DNA of 62,126 nt, counting the filler, from Platydemus manokwari (taxonomy: Eukaryota): NCBI GenBank assembly GCA_037951405.1. It is 5 parts of 5 records of this genome, joined end to end, with 100 filler letters (N's around TTAATTAATTAA, not from the genome) between each part and the next. Parts side by side here need not be neighbours in the genome. Positions count along the whole stretch, not along the records: positions 48,694 to 62,126 come from JBBMOY011729175.1; 4 more parts are not named here. One strand, given 5' to 3'. Every line of letters starts with the position of its first letter. The first letter of the stretch is position 1. Under the pieces are notes generated by a model, which made no database searches, was not told the DNA's origin, and worked only from the letters and a program-made list of their open reading frames with translations. A program made the position numbers and the translations under genes. Positions 53,797 to 62,126 of the stretch are shown here, piece by piece.

Positions 53797-54800
53797 TTAT
53801 GGTCTATTTACATGTACCACTGAAGGATCTTCATTCTTTTTCTTTCTTATAAACAGATTTGTATCTGTAACTTTTACCACCTCATAGGGTCCTTTATACG
53901 GTCTTTGCAATTTTGGCGATATTCTTTTTTTAACTTCAAGTGCATAAATCCTAACCTTATCTCCTATCTTAAATCCATGATTATATGCTTTCTTATCATG
54001 ATAATCCTTGTATTGTTCTTGCTTAAACTTTAAATCTAATGGCGCATGTTGATAAGTTTCTCCTAATCTTTCTGTCGTTGTCGTTACATATTCTTTCTCA
54101 TCCATTAACTGTGATGTTTGTGGCAAGAATTCTAAGTCTATAGGCAAACATGCATCTCTCATATACATTAGATAAAACGGTCAATATCCCGTTGCTTCAT
54201 TTATTGTGGTATTATATGCATAAGTACATGGTTTAATATATTCATCCCAATAAGTTTGTTTTTTATTAACAAAATTTGATAATATATTTCGGAATGTCTG
54301 GTTATATCGCTCTACTAATTCGTTTGTTTTGGTCTATATGGAGATGTATTGATTTTCTTGATTTTAAACAACTCAGTAGCTTCTCTTATTACATTGCTTA
54401 AAAAGTCATTCCTCTATCAGTTAGTGGTTTACTAGGTGCACCGTATTGAAATATTATTTTTTCTACTAATAACTTGGCTTTTGTTTCACTCTTATAATTT
54501 TTAGTCGGAAACACTAATGACATTCGGGTAAAGTAATCGCAAAATACTATTATGTATTTATTGACTTTTTCTGTTACTGGTAATGGTCCCATTACGTCTA
54601 TTGCACACATTTCCACCAGTCTTCTTACTGGTGGTAATGGCTTTAAAGGTACTTTCCTTACTTTCCCTGTATTTTTCCTTGTTGCACATAATGAACACTG
54701 CTTAAACCACTTATCTACATCGTTTTTCATATTACTCCAATAATATTTGCCTTTTAGTTTACTATATGTCTTTCTTTTGGACAAATGACCTCCTAATGCT
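53797..54800 (-). pseudogene. Gypsy integrase with GPY/F module
   Basis: GH..YYWSNMKNDV..CSLC; AIDVMGPLP..YIIVFCDYFTR..LTDRG; PKLQRPYKGPYEV..VHVNR. Confidence 0.95.
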
Positions 54801-54803
54801 TCA

Positions 54804-56500
54804 TCATGATATGAGATTTTTGGGTACTACTATTAAATTCTCTTCGCCATAAGTCAAGACATTTTTGTTATTTAACTTATATCCCTTTACTCTTTCACTA
54901 TCTTTGTCTCTTTCTATTAACCATTTTACATTTCTTATTTCACTGTACTCCTTTTGTTCTCTTTCTATTTCTCGTATGTCTGTTTTAACGTTAATTGTTC
55001 TTACAAATGTATTTATGGCATTGATCTCTAATAATCTCCCTTCGGATTTTTCAGGTATTCTCGACATTGTATCTGCGTTAGCATTAGATTTTCCAGTTCT
55101 ATATATTATTTTGATATTATGGTCTTGTAATTTTAATGCCCTTTTAATTAATCTACTGCTGGTATCTCGGTGTTTCATTAGACTCTCTAACGGCTTATAA
55201 TCTGTTTTAAGTATGATCTCAGTACCGTAAGTATATTGTCGCAATTTTTTCAATGCAAATATTATGGCTAAACATTCTTTTTTCTATAGTGGAGTAATTT
55301 TTCTCTGCTCCTTTTAATGATCTACTAGCGTATGCAATTACATGATCGGATTGTTTTTCTTTTTGCTGTCCTAAAACTGCTACTAATGCCTCATTGCTTG
55401 CATCCGTCATTACTATAAATAGTTTAGACATGTCAGGATATTTTAATATTGGCGCATGTATTAAATTATAATTTAATTTCTCGAATGCTTTTTGTTGTTT
55501 CTCTCCCAATTCTAACTTCATATTACTTTCTCCTTTACTTATTTTTCCTCTACTGGGTGTTTTATCTAACTTATCTTGCTGTCCGTATTTTTTCTTATAC
55601 TCAGCTGCTGCTTTTTTTGTAGCACTATATATGGGGATCGCAATTTGTGCATATTTTTCTTGAAATCTCCTATAATAGCCTGCCATTCCTAAGAATGTTT
55701 CAGCTTCATTTATTGTTGTCATTGCTGGAAAATTTTCAACTTTCTCTATTTTAGCTGGGTCAGGTGATATTCCTTTTGCTGATATTATATGACCTAAAAA
55801 TGGTACTTCGGGTCTAGTCCATTCACATTTAGTGGGTTTAATTTTAAATCCTGCTTTCTTTAATCGAAAAAACACTCTTCCTATGTCTATTAAATATTCT
55901 TCGAATGTTGGTGAGTACACTAATATGTCGTCTATGTATACCATTGCATTTGGTAAATCTGTTAACACTGTATTCACTAATCATTGAAATGTTACTGGAG
56001 CTCCGATTAAGCCAAAAGACATTTTTACAAACTCATACAATAATTCTCAAAGACAAAATGCTGTTTTTTCTATGTCATCTTCTTTCATCTTAACCTGATT
56101 AAATCCCTTATTCAAATCTAATTTGGTGTAATATTTTGCTCCATTTAATTTATCAACAATTTCTCTTATGTTTGGTTATGGGAAAACGTACTGTTTGGTA
56201 TTCTTATTTAATTCCCTATACTCTACATAGAGTCTTATTTCTCCTTCTTTCTTTTTAACTGGAACCATATATGTCTTAAATGGTGATCTCCTTTCCCTAA
56301 CTAGTCCAAACTCTTCTATGTCTTTTATTTGACTTTCCGCTTCTTCTAATAATTTATACGGCATTCTTCTAAATGGTAATTTAATTGGAGTGTTATCCGT
56401 CATTATTATTTCATGTTCTATTACTGCTGTTGATCCTACATCATATTCGTGTTTTGCCATTAAATCATTATATCTATCTATTATTTGTTGTAGCTTTTCA
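54804..56500 (-). pseudogene. Reverse transcriptase and RNase H
   Basis: PVKKKEGEIRLYVEYRELN, KLDLNKGFNQV, VYIDDILVYS, FLGHII, TDASNEALVAVLGQ, YASRSLKGAEKNYSTIEK, TDYKPL. Confidence 0.97.
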
Positions 56501-57039
56501 TTTTGTTCTGATGTTAAGTTTTCTTTATGTATCTTGACTTCTCATATTTCTTAATTCTCTCAGATATACTTAAGTCTACAGCCGCTATGATTTTAGCTTT
56601 AACTAATTTTCCTATTGTTTCTCCTTGATACAATATTTTATCCTCGGTATCATAATTTATTATATACACTGGAAAACATCCATCTTTTATCTGCACTATG
56701 ATGTTAATCGTTTTTATGTTCTCGTTTATTATTTTATGTTCTAGCATAAATGATTCATTTTCCTGGTTCTTTTCGACAGCTAAATAATATATTCTGCTAC
56801 TCCATTTCGGGATTACTTTATTTTCACTTGATTTTAACACTTTGGGTTGATTCATTTTATTATTTTGGTCTTTAATACTTTCAGTTTGAAAATCCTTTAA
56901 TTCCCCAGTTAGATAAAAAATGAGATTTGTTTAAATATTAGAAAAAACAAACAGTGTAATTTTGAAATATAATAAAATTTTATGGAAACGAGTTGTCTTT
57001 TTACTTCCCCTAATTCATCTCTTGATTTTATTCGTTAGT

Positions 57040-57358
57040 GTACGCAAGTCCAAATACCATCCTTTAAGCCTTCCTAACAAATATATTCCTATTAATACTG
57101 CAAATGATGCTTTTTCCATTGCTTTAAACATGTCATCTATTCTTATATTTCCGATTGTCAGATTTAACACTAACTTGTTGCTCCTGTTGCTCCTATGTCG
57201 GTGTCTACATGTATACTTTCTATTTCTTCTGTTTCTAATATTTTTGTGCTTATCATGGATGCATCTGCCCCGGTGTCAATTAATCCCTTACCATATCTAC
57301 CATTTATTTGTACTACTATAATTGGTCTTGTCCCCTTTTCAGGTGTAATTTGAACCAT
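57040..57358 (-). pseudogene. Retropepsin aspartic protease
   Basis: GLIDTGADASMIS; after a frameshift, FAVLIGIYLLGRL. Confidence 0.9.
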
Positions 57359-58125
57359 TTATACTCGATATAACTGTGTTCGTATGTCTGGGTATTATAT
57401 TAATTGCGCTCCCTCATCTTTATCAATTATTTGATTATCTATTAAATTTATCGTTGTTTGCAATGTTGTTATCATCTTTCCAGATGTTTTCTCTTTGTTC
57501 ATGGTATTTATAACTTCCTTTGTTGTTTCCTTGTCTGATATTTTATTGCTTATTCGATTTATCTCATTCTTATATTTACTCGCTCAATGTTCTAATGCCT
57601 TTATATGCAATTTCTCCTTTTTATCTAAAGCGCTGGCTTCACCAGTAAGTGCTTGTAAATAGTATTTAATTTTTTTCTTGACTTTCCCTTTCTGATTAAA
57701 CTCTTTTATTGCTTTTGCATGTATCTCATTTTTATCTAATGCGCGGATTTTGTCACCAAGTACTTGTGTTTTATATTTGATTCCCCATATAATTTTTTCT
57801 TCCATGTCGTTTTCGTTAAAGTTTGTGGGATCATCGTTATTTGTAATTTTAATTATGATTTTATTCTTAACTCCTGGTGGCCTTCATCTAGTTTTTCTTA
57901 TTGTTGCTTCTTGGTCTCTCATCTCCTTATTATCATTCATTTCTTCCTCTGTTTCAGTTCCTTTTTTTTATCTTATGTTCTTCTTCTCTTTTCCTAACTC
58001 ATTTTCTTCATTTCCTTTTCCTAACATATCTTCTTCTATTTTCTTTCCTTGAACTTCTTGTTCTATTATTTCTCCACTATCATCATAATTATATGTGATT
58101 AATTGATTTATTGGTTCGTTTATAG

Positions 58126-58913
58126 TGTTGGGATCCCCACTCATCATAAATTATAATTAACCCACTCGTCACGAATTATAATTAATTCACCCTTTACATA
58201 GCATACACACCCAATAGGAAACCCATTACGTAACGCATGTACATAACAAATAAGCCTTTAGCTATGGAAGCAGACATCCCAAAGCTGACCTATCATTTAT
58301 CCCAATCCAAAGTCAATTCAAATTCAAACTCAAAATGTCAACAACATGTTATCCCAATATTCACTTATCACATCGACTTATTATTGTTTGATATGACAAT
58401 CTATGACTGTTTATCCAATTTTATTATTGTTTGCTATAACAATTTATTATGTCCAATTCTATTATTGTTTGTTATGATAATTTATTATATCTTTGTAATG
58501 TATTATTTATCATTGTGAGGATTATGTATGAATAAAGGAATGCAGGGAGAATGCGGGTGATGGGGGATAACGACAATGAGTATAAAATAAAATGATAAAG
58601 GAAAATAATAATCTATAAGACAATGACAATAAATATGAAATGAATAATAAAGGAAAATAATAACTTATAATAAAACAAGAATAAAAATGACAAATAGAAC
58701 AATTATATAATAATATAATGTACAAATTAATAATTAATATGAAAAAATTACAATTGGAAAAAATCTTAAAATGTAGACAGTATGCAAATTACTGCCGGTG
58801 ACAAAAATGTGTTACCAAAAATAGTAAGTATCGTCTGGCTCAGCAAATATAAATACTGAGCCCAGTACAAGACAACACACAAGTTCACAAGTTCATAATT
58901 TCACAATCTCACA
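58126..58913. repeat. Cluster of LTR-like sequences interrupting the gag region of element 2
   Basis: TGTTGGGAT at 58126 with ATCCCAATA at about 58351-58359 (same terminal 9-mer as the element 1 LTR); TGTGAGGAT at 58514 with ATCTCACA at about 58913; no TSDs found. Confidence 0.35.
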
Positions 58914-58930
58914 ACGACAACTTTTAACGG

Positions 58931-59009
58931 ACGAAGATTTTCTGATTTGCACCAGATCCAGGATTTACTGGAGACATTCATATTGCGAGCACGAAGATTT
59001 TCTGATTTG
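58931..59009. repeat. Perfect 19-bp direct repeat, 60-nt period
   Basis: ACGAAGATTTTCTGATTTG at 58931 and 58991. Confidence 0.85.
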
Positions 59010-59544
59010 TCAAGAGTAAAAAATTTTTAGTTTGTTGTAGCATTTTTCATTTTTCATTTAACTTAATTAACAATTTTGCGATTAAATTTTTATAAAACAA
59101 TTTAATAGTATATGTCATTGTCGGGTTCTCTCCATCGCAGCGCGCATCTTTTCTTCGTCCGATTTCGAATTTATGCTTGCTACTTGCTGAGGCTAAATTT
59201 TTGTTGTTTGAAATTTCAAACGTTACTGTTCCTTTTTGTTTCACTTAATAAATCTTATTAAAACCGTTATTACTTTTTAATCATTAATAGCATTTTCAAC
59301 ACCGCAGGGGTTAACGTAAAGCTAATAGAAATTTTATTGATAATAATTTATTTATAATTACTCAACGTCGGGAGAATAATCAATCAACTTTTACAGGCCC
59401 ACAACGGTGTCATCGTCAAGGGATTCAGTCAATGTCTGACCTTTAGATAGCACTAACATTAACTTTTCCAATAGCGTGGTCATCATACACGTTATTGAAG
59501 CCCCTTAGGACCAGAGATAAAATCAAATCCCGCAACCGACACAT

Positions 59545-61825
59545 TAATTTAATAATAGCTTGAAACATTCTTGATGTTGATGGCATACATTCCTCTCTTA
59601 TCATGTTTCTATAATTATCATTTGGGACTTGTGGTATATAACTATAATTATTTTGTGGTTGATATTCAAGTGGAAATATTGGTTGTTGTTGTTTATGTTC
59701 CTCATCATAAATTATTTCTTCTTCTAATTTATCTTCTTCCTCATTATTCATTTCCGGTGTCGTTAAATTTATTTCTTCTCGGTATGGATAAATTATTTTC
59801 TTGATTTCAAAGCTATTTCGTTCACTTTTATTGTGACTTTGATTTCCAAAACATGGATCATGAAATTGTCCTTGTAAACATCCTATACAATTTCTTAACC
59901 CACCTTGTTGTTTTCTTATCAGCTTATTTACCTTATATGTTTCTGGTGATTCTATCAACTTCATGAAGTCTTTTCCCGATAATTCTGTATCTTCTGTATT
60001 CTTAACTTCTTTCTTCTTATTTTTTGATGTTTCTCTCTTTTCATCAATGATTTTATCATATCCACTTGCTACCTCATCTATTATTTCATCCAAGTCTACT
60101 GATCATTGCCTTTTAATTTTTCTTTCTACATTTTGCCATTTCTATTTATTTTCCTTTATTGTTGATTTTGTCGCTTCCTATTTCTTTTTCCTTATTATCC
60201 TCACACCTTATCATGTTTATGTTATTATATCCCCAAAATACGTCAAAATACCCCAAGGCATAGTTTTAGGCATATTTGGTATTGGTGTTATTATGTTATG
60301 TAACTGTCACTATATTTATTTCATCCTCTAAGAGTACATTTTTTAGTTCTTCCTCTATTAAGGTTCGTTGTTTATACTTCATGATTATTTTTTTTATTCC
60401 CCATTCTCTTCTATTTATATATTGTTCTTCTATCTTTCTTTTCAAATGTTTTACTCCCTTCTTTTTTTTAATTAACTTATAATCCCCTAAGTCTTCCTGG
60501 TAACTATTCAACACTTCTATTTTTACAATGTATTTATCTTCTTCATTTATTAAACTTATTTCTATACTGTTCCATCCTGTTGGGTCTAAACTATGATGCC
60601 AGAATTGATAATCATCATCTAATATTTTCCAAATTTTTCTTTCTTCCCCTTATGCTTATATTTTAATTCCATTCTTCTTAGTATACTTTTCCATCTTACT
60701 ATATATTTTTCTTGTAGTATTCCTGTTTATTTAGATGTCCAATTTTTAAACCACTTAATTTATGCAAGTCCGCTTATTCTAAATTCTTCAATTGTTTTCT
60801 TTCCCCTTATGTTCACTTTAAATTGATATACAGGTGCAGACAATAACCATATTGGTAATTTAATGTTACCCTTATTGCTAGTAATTCTTTCATCCCAAGT
60901 TCTCATGACTGCTATTATCCTATTTATCTTATTTGCACTTATTTTGTAATATCCTATTTATTGTTCATTATTTATGAATATTACTTTTGTTTTTAATTCC
61001 AATGTTATCCCTAATATAGGTTCATTTTCTCTAGTTAACTTTCCTACATCCACCTTATATGACATTTTCTAATTCCTTCTCTTTCTATCGTTGCTGTATA
61101 TTTTACTCTTATGATCTTTATTATTTAATTGCCTGTATTGTCTATCGTTTTAACTTCAATCTCTATTTTATTCTCCTGTTTAATTTCTTCTTCACAAGTT
61201 ATCATATTTATTTCATACTGACCCCAGGGAATCAATTTCGTTGTGTAATTATGTTTTTCCGTCTTGAATTTAACTTCTAATACGTTTATTTTGTCTACCT
61301 TGCACATGCCTTTTAATTTAACCTTATCCCCTATTTGTTCTTGATTATGGTATATGTTTATTTTTACATTCTCCAACTCTGTTTGGTCAATATACAGTTC
61401 CCTTATTGTTTTTAGCACTTCCTTTATTGTTCGATGTTTAATATTGACTCATATTTCTTAATTTTATCGATGTAATAATTAGGTTCTATTTTCATTTTAA
61501 CTATATAATGTGCCCATTCTTCTTTTATTAATCTGATCACTACCTCATTCTTATAATATTCGGTTAGTGGATGATACCATAATTGGAGTTCTTCATCTAA
61601 AATTTCCTATTTTCCTAACTCTATTTCTCTTTAGAGTGTACATCACCTTTCTTTCTTGCTACTATTTTCCGATTCACTATCACTGCTATAATTTTCAATT
61701 TCACTATTAATTCTTCTTTTTCCTAACTGCCTGTTCACTATATCAGAATTTTCTATTAAATTGCTTTTGCTTGCACTGCGTAATTGTCTATCAGATTTAT
61801 TCAATATCGAGTTTCTTTTATTCAA
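59545..61825 (-). pseudogene. Third decayed accessory or membrane-protein region ('element 3' remnant)
   Basis: Chain of minus-strand ORFs with the same A-rich bias as elements 1 and 2; FN3-like TKLIPWGQYEINM; decayed TM near 60200-60260; CxxC-x4-H-x2-C cluster. No pol motifs within the window. Confidence 0.5.
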
Positions 61826-62126
61826 ATAGATTTCGTCAATTTTGTGACTTTGTTAAGAAATAACTATATTTGTTATAAATAAATCTTAGATTTCACATGT
61901 TTTCATTTTTTCTATTTATTTATTTATAATTTTTATTGAAATACTAATTTAATAACAATGTAAACAATCAATTTGATTAAGGACAGGAACGACATTATTT
62001 CATTAAAGATTTAATTTGTACGTGTATCTTTTTTTAATAATTATTTGTAACAAGAAAGTTTACTATTAATAATAAATTATTGTATAAATATTTAAATATT
62101 GATTTGTGATCGATTATTCATTGTTT

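Larger units (their letters stand above)
49050..58125 (-). mobile_element. Decayed Ty3/Gypsy LTR retroelement 'element 2' (gag tail, PR, RT, RH, IN, membrane polyprotein, accessory ORF)
   Basis: Domain order PR-RT-RH-IN is diagnostic of Ty3/Gypsy; many stops and frameshifts; the 5' part is interrupted near 58125 and the 3' boundary is uncertain. Confidence 0.92.

Noticed and set aside
59047-59314. piggyBac-like end GGGTTAA at about 59308
   Set aside because: No matching opposite terminus or transposase found.
59443-59543. C-terminal residues of ORF 59443-60093 (..LRGFNNVYDDHAIGKVNVSAI)
   Set aside because: Read-through into an antisense LTR-like segment homologous to non-coding 6721-6788.

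Overview
AT-rich eukaryotic scaffold, most likely an invertebrate such as a triclad flatworm (inferred from base composition, 51-57 nt introns and the transposon mix). It contains four artificial 100-nt gap spacers and one sized gap. The only clear host gene is a minus-strand myosin VI (about 13 exons, 31.1-48.0 kb; 5' motor exons and last exon not seen). Its introns and flanks carry decayed mariner, pogo/Tigger, Merlin and MITE remnants. Both ends of the window hold decayed minus-strand Ty3/Gypsy LTR retroelements (about 0-7.6 kb and 49-58 kb, plus a remnant at 59.5-61.8 kb) with an unusual shared 3' cargo. First, integrase runs essentially in frame into signal-peptide/transmembrane proteins that carry fibronectin-III-like motifs rather than a recognisable env. 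Second, downstream ORFs (three homologues, two preceded by splice acceptors) each join an unknown beta-rich N-terminal domain to a catalytically degenerate REX4/ISG20-like DEDDh exonuclease fold; one copy also ends in a capsid-NTD-like fragment. This complex-retrovirus-like accessory module is the main candidate novel system. All domain calls are by-eye motif recognition and need profile or structure searches.
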